Origin: Octopus sinensis
Taxonomy: Eukaryota
Reading direction: 5' to 3'
NCBI RefSeq assembly: GCF_006345805.1
Contig: NC_043012.1
Coordinates: 57,660,001 to 57,724,000, forward strand
DNA: 64,000 nucleotides
Positions 24,446 through 39,751 of this stretch are shown piece after piece. The notes under the pieces were generated by a model that was given only the letters and a program-made list of their open reading frames with translations, was not told the DNA's origin and ran no database searches. The translations under genes were made by a program, and so were the position numbers. Each line of letters opens with the position of its first letter. Positions within the stretch are counted from its first letter, which is position 1.

Positions 24446-24967
24446 ATATATAATATATATATATATTATATATATATTATATGTATGTGTGTGTTGTATG
24501 TGTGTGCACGCGTGCGAGAGCTTATTTGTGTACATATATATAAACATATACGTATATATGTATGTATACACAGTTATACCACATATATGAACATATGTAC
24601 ATATGTATAAATATACATTATAAAATATATACACATATACACACAATATATATATATATATACACATATATATATATACACAATATATATATATACACAT
24701 ATACACACAAACGTAAATGCTAAGGACTCTTCCTTAATGTTGCTTACTTAAATCTGGAAATATACTTTTAATTTCATTTGTTAAATAATATAATTTTGCT
24801 CTCATTACATTTATATTTTCGCAGCATTCAATTTTATAGAGTAAAAAATTGTAATTAAAGCAACTAACAGAAATAATATCAGTGAGATTTTAATTAAATT
24901 CACTGGCTGAGATTCCATTATTAATTCGTTTTTTTTAATATATGTTCCTATTTTCCTTAGTACAATC

Positions 24968-25005
<38 letters not shown>

Positions 25006-25012
25006 AATTATA

Positions 25013-25072
<60 letters not shown>

Positions 25073-25091
25073 ATATATATATATATATATA

Positions 25092-25132
<41 letters not shown>

Positions 25133-25550
25133 ATACACACCCACATACTGACGTACATATGCGTGTGTTTACACACACACATATATATGCATATATCATA
25201 TATATACATTAGTACGTGTGTACATATATGCCTATGTGTATATATAGATGTTATGTGTGTGTGTGTGTATATTTGTGTGCAACGCAGACGCTATATATGG
25301 ATGCATACATATACACACACATATATATGTATATATACATAAGAATGTTTATGTATATATACTACATAATATATATATATAATATATATAATATATATAT
25401 ATATGCAAATATATATGTATAAATATATATATGTACAAATATATATATATCTGTTATATATATATACATACAAATATATATATGTACACACAGTATATAT
25501 ATATACACACAAATATTTATGTATATATATTATATATATATAATTATATA

Positions 25551-25604
<54 letters not shown>

Positions 25605-26161
25605 ATATATATATATATATTATATATATACACATACAAATATATATATATATACGTTTAAATGTGTATGGATATATGTTTATGAGTAAGCACTCTCACA
25701 AACCCACACAATCATATATGCGTGTGAATGCATGTATGTGTGTGTGTGTATGCGTGCGAGTAGCTTTCACAAATGTATTTATTTTATCAATTTCTCATAC
25801 AAACTCATGAATAATAATAATAATGACAACAACAACAACAACAACAACAATAATAATAATAATAATAAAGACGCTAGGACTTACGAAACGCATAACCCAA
25901 TCCCAGGGACTTCTCATGAATATATATAACATACGAAAAATAACTGTCGGGTTCTGTGCACATCTTACGTAGAGCCCTTATAATGATACAGTAGGAATAA
26001 CAACACGAAAACAAAACAAACGAACCACTGCACCTACCCATGTCCCAGGGAGCTACACTGAAGACTTTAGTGAAAGCACATAATAAAATATAACTAGTGG
26101 GTAATAGTAATTTGTTATATAGATACAAGGTGTACAATTTCGGGGGAAACATCAGACGATT

Positions 26162-26482
26162 GTGGAGGCATATGGTCTAGTGAGTGGAGGCACATGGCCT
26201 AGTGATTAGAGCAGCGGACTCGCGGTCGAGGGATCGCACGTTCGAATCTCTGACCGGGCGATGTGTGTGCTTATGAGCGAAACACCTAAGCTCCACGCCG
26301 CTCCGGCAGAAGGTAATGGCGAACTTCTGCTGACTCTTTCGCCTCAACTTTCTCTAAGTCTTTCCTCCTGCATCTTGTTGCAGCTAACCTGCGACGGACT
26401 GGCGTCCCGTCCAGGGGGGGGACCTATACGCCGGGAAACCGGCCCTTATGAGCCAGGCGTGGCTCGAGAAGGAACAAGCAAC
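26162..26482 (+). mobile_element. SINE family C with a duplicated 22-nt 5' end
   Basis: gtggaggcatatggtctagtga followed directly by gtggaggcacatggcctagtga; B box gttcgaatct. Confidence 0.9.
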
Positions 26483-26719
26483 ATCAGACGATTACATAGA
26501 CTCTTAGTAGTTGATTGGTATTTTAGTTTTATCGGTCATTCCTTCAATGGCTGAAAGGGTAAATTCTCTTTCGTGGATTGAGTTCGATTTCAGAAGGTAA
26601 AAACTCAGAGCGAATACTCGTACGGAGTTCTGTTTTTTTTTCCTGTTTTTTATTTATTTATTTTTTATTTCTATTCTTTTTATCGACGCTCCAACAATTC
26701 TACCAGCGCGCCGCCTTCG

Positions 26720-27317
26720 TAGCAATGATGATGATTTCGAGGACGTGGACGATGAGATTGATGATGATGATGATGGTGATGATGATGTCAAGAACGAGGA
26801 TGACGTCAAGAACGAGGATGATGAAAATGATGATGATGATGATGATGATGAAGATAGTATTGGAAATGACGATAATGATAGGACGACAACGAAGACGACG
26901 ACGGCGATGATGGTGATGATGAGGGTGATGATGGGAATGATGATCGTGGTGGAGATGACGACGTCGACGACAACGATGCGACGTCAGCAACGACTACGAT
27001 GATGATTAGAAGAATGACGGTGATGATTATGACGACAACGACCACGACGATGATGACGACGACGTTGATGGTGACGACTATGACAATAACGATGACGATG
27101 ATGATGATGATGATGATGACAACGACCAAGACGACGATGGTAATGATTAAAAATAATGTCGATGATGATGTTGATGATGGTGATGGTGATGATGAGCGTG
27201 ACATTGATGGTGATAATTTTGACGACAAGAAACAAAATGGAGTCAGATGATGTATTCTCCTTGAACGTAATAGTCTGAAGAGACCATAAATGGAATTACG
27301 AAGAGAAGAAGGAGGAT

Positions 27318-27351
<34 letters not shown>

Positions 27352-27361
27352 TATAATAATA

Positions 27362-27392
<31 letters not shown>

Positions 27393-27550
27393 AATAATGT
27401 AATAATAATAATATATAATAATAATAATAAAATATAATAATGATACTAATAATAATAATAATAATAATAATAATATGATAATAATATAATAATAATAATA
27501 TAATAATAATAATAATAATAATATAATAATAGTAATAATAATAATAATAC
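26720..27550. repeat. Degenerate (GAT/GAC)n tract followed by (AAT)n
   Basis: Direct reading. Confidence 0.92.
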
Positions 27551-28590
27551 AGGTGGGCGTGTGACGTGACACAAGATGGTATGGGAACGGTGGGGGGCAA
27601 GAAACAGTTAAGTAAGTTTAAGAACAATAACTCAAGGATGGCAATTAAAGACTAAACGCATTGATGAAAATTCTAAAAGTGCTTTGTTGAAGGAAAAAAA
27701 GGGAGTCTTGGTGTGTGTGTGTGTATGTGTGGGAGGGGTTAGGACGTAGCAGTTGAGAAGTAGGTGGAGGGTAAGAAGTGAGTAAGAATCATCGGTGAGG
27801 GAGGAGGATGGAGCGGAGGCGGAGGCAAATATAACAAGGAATATAGCAAGAGCTTAACAATAGATATACAACAGAACAATACAATTTGTGTTCTGTTCAG
27901 GTTTTTCTAAAACGAAGTTGATTGATATCAAATGTTGAAAATGTCATCGTTTTATTGTATTATATTTTGGTTTTTGAAATACAAAATATATTTTACTTTT
28001 ACACGGCATCTTATTTGTTGCTGATATTGTTCTTGTTTGTTTTAATAAGAAAGAAAGAGGGGAGAAATAATAGTTTGACCTTCAAAGTAATGAATTTAAT
28101 TTGTTTCTTAAATGCGATGGTTGGCAGAATCGGGAGAGTGTCGGGAAAATTACTTAAATAAATTTTAGTTGTGTCACTTTACGTTCTAACCTCGAATTTC
28201 GTCTAGATCGGATTTGCTTTTCCTTCCTTCGAAAAGTCGATAAAATATAGTACCAGTTACATATTGGGGGCAGTCATACCGCATACCGACGATATGCTCT
28301 CCTTTAAGTTATGTTAGCCTTGAGTTTATGTTAGAAATGAATAGTTGTTACGTATAAAGCAAACCGATACTGTACCAGTCATATGCTGAAAGCGTTCCTC
28401 CCCCCTCTCTCACTTGTGATGTGGTTAGGAATTTGTTTAAGGGCTCAAGAAAGGAACTCACGTTGTGGTCCTGTTAATCGTGGGGTTCACAAAGAAACAA
28501 GCCCGGTTGCAAGCAAATTCGTATTTTATCGGTTGGTCAGTGTGTGTATGTGTGTGTGAGAGAGAGAGAGTATGGGAGTGAAAGACTGAT

Positions 28591-28635
<45 letters not shown>

Positions 28636-28708
28636 TATATATAGAGAGAGAGTGAGAGGGAGACAGAGAGTGAGAGCGGATAGAGAGAATGAGAAGAAAA
28701 AATTGAGA

Positions 28709-29136
28709 TGTGTGGTAAGTAGCTTGCTTCCGAACCACATGGTTCCGGGTTCAGTCCCACTGCGTGGCACCTTGGGCAAATGTCTTCTACTATAGCCTCG
28801 GGCCGACCAAAGTCTTGTGAGTGGATTTGGTAGAGGGAAACTGAAAAGAAGCCCGTCGTATATATGTATATATATATAAATAATATGTGTGTGTGTGTGT
28901 GTCTATGTTTGTGTGTCTGTGTTTGTGTGTCTGTGTTTGTCCTACCCCAACCATCGCTTGACAACCGATGCTGGTGTGTTTACATCCCCGTAACTTAGCG
29001 GTTCAGCAAAAGAGGCCGATAGAATAAGTACTAGGCTTACAAAAAATAAGTCCTGGGGTCGATTTGCTCGACTAAAAGGTGGTGCTCCAGCATGGCCTCA
29101 GTCAAATGACTGAAACAAGTAAAAGAGTAAAAGAGT

Positions 29137-29137
<1 letters not shown>
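28709..29137 (+). mobile_element. SINE family A, near full length
   Basis: Head, internal (TA)(TG), tail aaaagagtaaaagag. Confidence 0.9.
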
Positions 29138-29221
<84 letters not shown>

Positions 29222-29557
29222 TGAAGGTAATGCCTAATTCCCTATATATTTCTCGAAGTTCTGTGAATAGCGAGAGGAAGTTACCCTCAGATATAACTTT
29301 TCGATGCTACTGAGTGATATATACAGCGTTGGCCAAAAGTCACCTGACAGCAAATCAAAACCATTTAATTCAAGATTTATTTATGTTTAACAGCTGAATG
29401 AATTTAATGAAACCATCTAAATATGAAACATCGTGAAAATTGTTCAAACTGAATTCCTTCTTGAGCGACACCATTTTCCCAAATGAATAATTAAAATTTA
29501 ATATTAAGTATTTATGGACTTTTGATTTACTGTCGGGTGACTTTTGGCCAACCGTCT

Positions 29558-29594
<37 letters not shown>

Positions 29595-29596
29595 CA

Positions 29597-29719
29597 GGAG
29601 TAGCTGTGTGGTAAGAAATTTATTTCGCAACCAAATGGTTCCGGGTTCAGTCCCACTGGGCAAGTATCTTCCAAAGCCTTGTGAGTAGATTTGGTAGACG
29701 GAAATTGAAAGAAGCCCGA
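29597..29719 (+). mobile_element. SINE family A, 5' half
   Basis: Ends at gaaagaagcccgac, running into (TA)n. Confidence 0.8.
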
Positions 29720-29726
29720 CATATAT

Positions 29727-29811
<85 letters not shown>

Positions 29812-29813
29812 TA

Positions 29814-29863
<50 letters not shown>

Positions 29864-29867
<4 letters not shown>

Positions 29868-30295
29868 TGTTGTATTTAGGAATGGATATTTTGCCAGTTT
29901 AGCCAATAAAAACACACGCACTATATATTTGGTGTTACTTTGCTTCAGCGTTATTTATTTTTACATTAATCTTAATCTTATTTCGGCCAGAGTTCTTTCG
30001 TCATACTCCTGTAACCGCATCAGTGGTCCTTTGCTTTCTTCTTTCTTTTGTATACAATAAGAATACAAAATACAAAATGGCTGACTGTTAGTAAGGAGAG
30101 ACACACAAATAAGAAAGAAGAAAGCAAAGGACCACTGATGCGGTCACAGGAGTGTGACGAAAGAACTCTGGCCGAAATAAGATTAAGATTAATGTAAAAA
30201 ATAAATAACGCTGAAGCAAAGTAACACCAAATATATAGTGCGTGTGTTTTTATTGGCTAAACTTGTAAAATGACCATTCCGAAATACAACAATAT
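29864..30295. mobile_element. 184-bp inverted repeat (29864-30047 / 30111-30295), Penelope-type terminal repeat pair
   Basis: Hand alignment: 7 substitutions and 1 indel; 63-nt loop; left arm abuts (TA)n. Confidence 0.8.
30129..30173 (+). ncRNA. Minimal type I hammerhead motif (A9 is C, plus one extra G)
   Basis: GGACCA CUGAUGC G GUCACA ggag UGUGAC GAA AGAACU C/UGGCC; mirror copy on the minus strand at 29985-30029. Confidence 0.6.
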
Positions 30296-31628
30296 CTGTT
30301 TCAACACACGATTTCAACACTGGTGATAGGGTAGGAGAATTGTCGTGCTGATGACATCTCTTTGGGTAGAAATCGGTATCTACGATTGTTCTCTTATCTC
30401 CCGACAATAAGTCTGTCCATTTTCTTAACGGCATGTCAGCTTTGGAGAGTCCTTGATTCTCACTATTATTTCACCTTCTCTTGTAGAGCTATTCTCAGTT
30501 GCTAGTTGCTAATTATTTCCCATCCTCTGGTGGGATACTTTTAAAGAATCTAAAACTTATGCAATATGGCATTCGATATCTCATCTCCCTATAATGGGCA
30601 CGTCAACATTGGAGAAATTCTTTATTCTTGAAATTATCTCCCCTCCTCATTTAGAACTGTTCCAAATTGAAATTTCGTAACTGTGTCGTGCCCTCTGGTG
30701 GTGGAGATGATTTTAACGAATCAAGAATTTATATTGTATGATATTTGATATACCAGTATTTGTCTATGTTGTTGATATGCATTCCACTTGCCGCTCTTAA
30801 CTCATTTTAGTTTAAGATTTTTAGACATTGCGAAAAGCGTATAGAGACAGGATTAGCGAGTTACTAAAGCGGGTTCAGAACAGAGCCATTATAAATAATA
30901 ATTGATAAGAATGAAAGTTAAACTATAATTAGTAACGTGTAAGAAAGCCGTGGAATGCATTTACCTTTAAACATTGAAACCGGCGGCCATGTTAGGTCAA
31001 AATATTCAACGTGTTTTATGTTGAAATTTGCAAGATCCGGCCTCTCACACCGACCTTACAATGCAATTTTAAAACTCAACAAGCACACCATTAAAATCTG
31101 TAAACTACGAGATAAAACATTGGTCAATTAGAAAATTATGTGAGTAAATAAGCATTGCATTGGAAGTGTTGGAAAAGCTTGAAATCAGGGTACTTTTCCA
31201 CATAATAAACGGAGCCCTCATTAATTTGTTGAAGTTATATTTCAAGTAGAAGTACAGGGTCGAGAAGAAAAAAAAAACTATTTCCGCCCTGGTAAAATTC
31301 ACGAAAGAAGAATGCAAGGGAGGAAACATATAAGAGAGCCAGTATTAGGATTAAGCCTGTAGTTAGCATCGTTGAAGAAAATCTAAGTACTGGAAGTGCA
31401 AAGTGTTCTGGGCCCTTAGCTTTCTGCCACGTAGCGGTTTTTGCCCCTTCGTATATGGTTTTGTTTTTATATATATCTTGTAGATTGTTGATTTAGATTT
31501 CATTTACAGCATCACATTGTATCAAGCCTTCTACATAAACCTGTATCATGTTTGCGTTATTGAATTAAAAAAAAAATCAACACCAAAACATTAGCACAAA
31601 GTTAGCAGAATAATAACGTTATATATAT

Positions 31629-31671
<43 letters not shown>

Positions 31672-31985
31672 TATACACACATACACATATAGTGAAAATG
31701 ATATGTGCATATGTGTGCATATATATATATATATATGCATACATATACACACGCATGTATGTATATTTGTATGTATGTATATTTATACATACCTACATAT
31801 ACATATGCACACACATACACACACACACACACATATACATATATATACACTCATACATCTATGTTATACTCACGCACACTCACACACACATATATTTGTA
31901 GGTATTTATATTTGTAAATATGAGATACATACAAGCCTACAAACCCACAGAAACACAGGCAAACAAACACAAACAGTCGCGCAAA

Positions 31986-32031
<46 letters not shown>

Positions 32032-32772
32032 TACATACATACATACATACATACATACATACATACATACATACGTGCATGCATGCCTACACACGTATAC
32101 AATAAATGATTCAATAGATAAAGGAAGGAAAGAAGCGAATTGACGAAGTTCCGTTGCTTAATCTAAGAAATGTTGGTAAAAGTAATATGTGACCTTGGGA
32201 ATGGGATTCGATTCAGCAAGAAAGAGGAGAACAAAAAGCTTGGTAGAATCAGAGGAGGTTTGTTTAAAAAACTGGAATTAATAAAATGAAAAACGAAAAA
32301 GTAATAATACCCAAACTAAAAGCATATAGAGAAAAGAAATTATCAATTTATCTAAAAGAAATTGCATCCATAAACACGTGTGCGTGGCAAACACATATAC
32401 ACATGCATATATATGCTGATTTGCATGTATGTACACTCGTATATGTTTATATATGTATGTGTATATATATATATACATATATATGTACGTAGATATATGT
32501 TTTAATGTATATATATATATATATATGCGTGTGTGTGCATGTATGATGTTTACACTGGCACTTACACACTGACACACACATACACAGAAAAAGAATCTTA
32601 ATCATTCGTTTTTACACACGCATGCACGCGCATACAGGCATACTCAAAGTTTGTATACATTCATACTTGTGCAGTATTCCATAAACATTCCTATACACGC
32701 TCTTTCTCTATTCCCCCTCTCTCTCTGTGTCACACATATACATACATACACACAATTACGCATACACACATG

Positions 32773-32830
<58 letters not shown>

Positions 32831-32859
32831 CATGCACACACATAAATATAAAAGTATCA

Positions 32860-33092
32860 TAATTATATCTATATATGTGCACACAAACACAAGCGCACGC
32901 TCACACACTCTCACACATGCACACACGCATGCACATACACACCACACAAACAAACACACACATACTTACACACATACATGCCTGTATATATAAACACAAA
33001 GATTGCACAAATGCAAGCGCAATCATTCAAAAACACATTCAGTTATACACATACAAAGCTCACACAAGCACACACACACACACACACTAACA

Positions 33093-33126
<34 letters not shown>

Positions 33127-34125
33127 TAGCAATCACAGAAGCACAGGCAATTATCATATAAAGACATAAGCACACACTCAGACAATAATACATGGACACA
33201 TATATACACAAACACGCACGTACTCGTAGACTCACCCACACGCACACATACGCACACACAACAATTGTAGGCACATGCGTATATACACTCATATGCAACA
33301 ATCACATAGGCTCACGCACACACACACACACACAATAATGGCAGAGGGACACACATACAACAACCACGTACATATACATACACATATTCTCACACACAAC
33401 AACAGCAAAGCGTACGCAGCATTCACATACACACATTCATAACAAACTCGTAAACATACACACATTAATTCAACCTTACACACACACACACACACACACA
33501 CACACCACACACACACACACACACATACAACAATCATACACGCACACACATATACATAATTGATTTTAACACACACTCACACACAAACACACACAATAGT
33601 CACTGAAGGGCATACTCACAGCTATTACACAAGCACACACATGTAACTGTTGCAAGCGCATTCTCATATACACACACAAAAACTTCTACAGTTGCCCACG
33701 TATACACTCACTGAACATAATCATACAAACATACACACAGACACGCACACGCACCATCGCATAACGACATACACAAAGGCATACATGCACGTGTATACAC
33801 ACACACACACAGAAACACATACACACACACCCACTCACAGAAACACATACACACAAATGTACACAGAGAACAGACACACACAAGTACACACATGTATTGC
33901 ACCCGCACACATATGACAATTACACACACACAAATTGACATACACAGAAACAACAGTTACACAAGAGTACTCACACACACACACTCTCTCTCTCTCTCAC
34001 ACATATACATACAGCAACCTGTCTCTCTCGTACATGCACACACATATACAGAAAACTCTCTCAAACACACATACACAATGAAATACACAAACGAATAGAC
34101 TAACACACACACGTATACGCTCCCT

Positions 34126-34156
<31 letters not shown>

Positions 34157-34160
34157 ACAC
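32860..34160. repeat. ~1.3-kb degenerate (CA)-rich cryptic simple repeat
   Basis: Direct reading; strong C+A strand bias. Confidence 0.9.
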
Positions 34161-34262
34161 AATAACAAAAAGTCCTTGATTAAAAACAAATTCCTTTTTC
34201 CGCTTCAAACTAGTTTCTCCTATTTAATCGGCCATTTTGTTAAGAGTGAGAGCGAGCGAGCG

Positions 34263-34330
<68 letters not shown>

Positions 34331-35166
34331 TGAGAGAGAGAGAGGACTAAAAACAAAAATAAAAGCAAAAGAAAAAACAAGCAGCAAAAAAAAACCATGA
34401 TTATAGATGGAAAAGAGAATCGAGGTTTTCTTTTATTGGTTCTCATTAATCAAGAAAATAGAATAATTTTTTCTTTCCAAGGAAAAATAACGTAATTATA
34501 TTATACACCCACCCCAACCACGTTTTTATGTTTCCCCCTCTTTCCGCTTCCCTATTTTTTCTTCCTTTTTTGTTGTTGCTGTTGTTCTTTTTTTCCTTTT
34601 TTCTTCCTTTCGTTGGTTTATATTATTTAATACATTTTCTTTCTGAGAATAAAAAAAAACAAAAAAACAAAAGGTTTGTATGCTTTTGACCTTTTGCGTT
34701 ACCTTATGGAATCAATTTAAACTAACATTCAAACAGGAATTAATGCATGGGGGTAAATCTGGGAATAAACGAAAAAAAAAATACGCATAAATAATAAGAA
34801 ATAAGAAATAAAAGAATAAAAAAAAACATATATATAGAAAGAACGATTTCTAACCGAGGTAAGATACCCTGGGGAAGGCATATACCCGATTAAATCGACA
34901 CCAGTATACGTAGACTGATGCCTAATTTGTATCGACCTACACCAGAGAAAGGAGAGAAAAAAGGGAAACAATTGCATCTTGCGGGATTTGAACCCGGAAT
35001 GTAAAGATTTGCAACGAAATACTGCGAAGGGTTTTGTACAAGAAAGCGATCATTTACCAGAATCGTTAGAGCGTGGGGCAAAAGGCTTGGCGCAATTGTA
35101 TTGGCAGTTGACATTTCGGAACTTAAATACCCCGCCGTGGTCAACTGTGCCAGTCATGATACAGCA

Positions 35167-35790
<624 letters not shown>

Positions 35791-35793
35791 ATA

Positions 35794-37158
35794 CGGGGTG
35801 TTTCAAAAAAATTTATATTATTTGAGATGTAAATATCACAGAAACTACACAATCAAAGCAAATCAAACGAAACAGGCTTGAAGTTGAGCAACATAAAATT
35901 TATTCCTCCAAATTTGAACGAGGAATTCAAAGGTATGTGGATTCCATGAACGATTTCACAACTGTTCAATATGAGCACCGCCAGAGGCACGACACACATC
36001 AAGTCGGTTGTGCAGCTCCTTCCAAACACGCTGCAGCATGTCTTGGGTAACAGTTTCCAGTGCAGTAGTGATTCTCTGCTCGAGTTTCTCTTCGTTTGCA
36101 GGAAGAGGGGGTACATAGACTAGGACTGTCATATAGCCCAGAGAACAAATCGCATGGTGTCAGGGCAGGTGAACGTGGCGGCCATTTCAGCAGCACATTG
36201 TCTTCGTCACCAGCACGCCCGATCCATCTCCCCTGCAGATTGTCATTGAAAAAAACACGCGCAGTGAGCTTCTAGTGAGATGGAGCCCTGCCCAGTTGAA
36301 AAATGAAGTCTTCATGTTCATTTGCAATGAGCTCGTCCATTAGTCAGTTCTGAAGCATTTGCAGATAAACATCGCCGGTCACATTTCCTTCAAAGAAAAA
36401 CGGGCCAAGAAGATGCTTCTTGGAGATGGCGCAGAACACATTCACTTTTGACTAGTCCCTCTCATACTCAACTATGGAACGGGGATTTTCTTCTTCCGAA
36501 ATACGAACATTATGCTTATTAACTTTGTCATTCGTATCAACTGTGGCCTCATCACTGAAAACAAGACGTTCCTTGAACTCGGCTTCTACAAGTTTCTCTT
36601 GCATATCAACACAGAATTGTTTGCGCTTTCGCTTGTCATCTGCCGTTATGGCCCGAACAAGCTGCAGCTTGTAGGGTTTCATTAGAAAGCGTTTCCTCTG
36701 TACGCGCCAAACTGTCGTTGGAGGAATCTGGGTTTCCAGACTTGTTCTTCTTATGGACTCCTTGGGGCTTCGCAAGAGTTTCTAGTGAACCCGCTCGACC
36801 GTCTCTTCCGATGTTAGTGGTCGTCTAGATCCTTTTGCCCTGCACAGACAGCTTTCCTCTGAATTTTCTGTGCCATGTCCAAATATGCTTTGCCGTTGGT
36901 GACTTTTTAGAGAACTTTCTCACAAATGCACGCTGCGCAGTCTTGTTTGACTGTGATCGAGCATACTCCAACACACAAAATGCCTTTTCACTTCCAGTGA
37001 ATGCCATTTCTATAACTGAAAAGATAAACATATCTAACATTAAACAGAATTTTGACCTATTTCTAGACATGCAGTTAAAATTTGAAGTCATTTGAACAAG
37101 AAGTGGCAAAGTTATCAGACTGATATCAAATTGATATCAAATCTTTTGAAACACCCTG
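35794..37158 (-). mobile_element. Full-length Tc1/mariner element of the rosa/Visitor (DD41D-like) type; transposase pseudogene 35956-37007
   Basis: TIRs cggggtgtttcaaaa / ttttgaaacaccctg, TA on the left; MAFTGSEKAFCVLEY, VFSDEAT, FQLGRAPSH* (decayed QQDGAPPH), WIGR, WPPRSPALTPCD; at least 3 stops and a frameshift. Confidence 0.92.
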
Positions 37159-37185
37159 AGAACTTGTGTGTGTGTGTGTGTGTGT

Positions 37186-37222
<37 letters not shown>

Positions 37223-37751
37223 GTGTGTGTGTGTGCGCGTGTGTGTGGTGTGTGTGTGTGCGTGCGTGTGTGTGTGAGAGAGAGAGTGGGCGAGTGTGTG
37301 TTTTGTGTTGGTGAAAAAATTCTTTTTCTCAGAAAATTTTGCACGATAATTTTTAAAGAAATCTGGACATCTATCTTGCTGATAACCATTCAGCTTGAAA
37401 TTACAATTGTTAATTGTTGGAAGTCAAGTAGACTGAGATGTATATATAGTGTTATCGTTTTGAGTAGATGTTCAATACAAAGTTTTCAACTCATTATCCT
37501 GTGGTTAGTAACCCATTACCTTAAATTTGAAGCCATTAAGTATTTAAAGAATATTTTTTCGACTGTCGCCATGATGGGGTATCACCTTCAAATATTTGAT
37601 TGATCATACTGACCTCAGTACGTGTTTCAATCTGACATTTATTTTATAGATCTCTGCTTGATGAACTGCTAACTTTGAGACATAGTGGGACACAATACTC
37701 GATTTAGCAACAAACGTAAACACACACTCTCACACATATAAGATGCAAGAA

Positions 37752-37890
37752 TGACTGTGTGGTTGAGAAGTTTGCTTCCCAACCACATGGTTCCATGTTC
37801 AGTCCCTCTGCATGGTACCTTGGGCAAGTTTTTTCTATTAAAGCCCTAGGCCAACCACAGAATTGTAACTGGATTTGGTAGATGGAAACT
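37752..37890 (+). mobile_element. SINE family A, 5' half
   Basis: gactgtgtggttgagaagtttgcttcccaaccacatgg. Confidence 0.8.
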
Positions 37891-38023
37891 GCAGCATTGT
37901 TCATCAGAAAATGACCGAAAACCATGTTTATAAAGAAGAGTTGTTTGCTTCATACTCCTCGTGTGCTGATTCTGCTTGTAAGAAAATAACAAATAATACA
38001 ATATGGCTGTAGGCCATAACAGT

Positions 38024-38049
38024 TAGGCAACGCCGGGGTGCATTGCTAG
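38024..38049 (+). mobile_element. Helitron-type 3' terminus (5' part not recognised)
   Basis: taggcaacgccggggtgcattgCTAG|T resembles the 3' ends at 4846 and 59085. Confidence 0.5.
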
Positions 38050-38701
38050 TATATGTATGTATGTATGTATGTATGTATATAATCCTTTCTCAATATATGC
38101 TGCGTCTTTCTGTGAGAGGGTCATGGGATGACCGCTCGTAATGTCTCCTTCTTCTCAGAAATGGCGGTAGGTTGTAATTTCTATGTTGGCGGCGGAAAAG
38201 ATAGAGAAACTATTGCAATCTTTGGACAGTTGTCACAGATCTATAGGCGGTTGTTGTTAGGGCGTCGGGCAAAATACTTTACGTATTTGCTTGTGCTCTC
38301 TACGTTCTGAGTTCAAATTCCCCAGAGGTCAATTCTGAAATGCTGTCTTGTAGTATTTATTTCGGCTCCCCGCATTTTGAAATGAATGCTGCTGACATTA
38401 CAGGTAGCAAGTTGTGTCGGTTTTGCCGTTAGTCAAGGTAGGTAACGTCGTTTAATGGTTTTTGGTGGACGCTTTTACCAGTCTCTCCTACTTCTACTTG
38501 CAGCCCGTGCGTATGTGAATAGGGCCGTGCGTATGTGACTATTCATAATGCCCATACATTCACAAGCGTATACACATATAAACACATGCGCGCACATGAA
38601 ATATATGTATACACACACACACACAGACATACATATGTATCTATACATTCAATCATTCATTTATACATGCACACGTTCTCTATCTGTCTGTCTGTCTGTC
38701 T

Positions 38702-38753
<52 letters not shown>

Positions 38754-38854
38754 ACACATGATTATATATGCAAGTGTGTATAAAGGTTTCCATATGTTCG
38801 TGTATAAGCACATTCATCATTCATCCATTTATAACAACACACATAGAACATACT

Positions 38855-38952
<98 letters not shown>

Positions 38953-38981
38953 TATATATGTATGCAGATTTATATATATGC

Positions 38982-39076
<95 letters not shown>

Positions 39077-39144
39077 CACATAAATACATACATATGTATT
39101 TCTGTATGAATTCACACGTTTACACACGCACATTAACATATTCG

Positions 39145-39227
<83 letters not shown>

Positions 39228-39245
39228 ATACCTATCTATGTGTGA

Positions 39246-39288
<43 letters not shown>

Positions 39289-39751
39289 ATATATATAATA
39301 TATATACACCCCACACAAAATATTCTATTTCACATTCTTTGAAGTGAATAGATATTCAGTTTATAAAACAGACGTGATCCTTTGTACACGAAGTTCTTTT
39401 GTGAGATTTCCGTTATTTTCTTATTCTTAACATTTCGTTTCAGCTGAATCTCGGAAAGCTTGTATGCTAGCAAAGCTTAGTATAATAGTAATGAAATGAT
39501 TGATAGTTCAGCTATTAGAAGCTTTATATATAGTAAATCATAGATCTATTATTTACTTTGAGATTTGAGGAAATGGTTGGTAACTCTTTTAGATGCAATG
39601 CATGTGGTTATAACGCTTGTTTGTTCAACCATCCTTTCATCGGGTTCGATGTCACTGCCCAACGATATTTTGGGTGTGTCGTTTCCTAATCTAATGTCCA
39701 CTAATGCCTTGTGAGACAGCCTCACCGGGAACGTCAGCACACTTGCTCACA

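Noticed and set aside
26578-27627. Several Asp/Met/Tyr/His-rich ORFs
   Set aside because: Translations of GAT/GAC/AAT trinucleotide tracts; no unique domain or splice context.
38548-39342. 264-aa ORF and the many similar YI/CV/HT ORFs
   Set aside because: Dinucleotide microsatellites lack stops in most frames.
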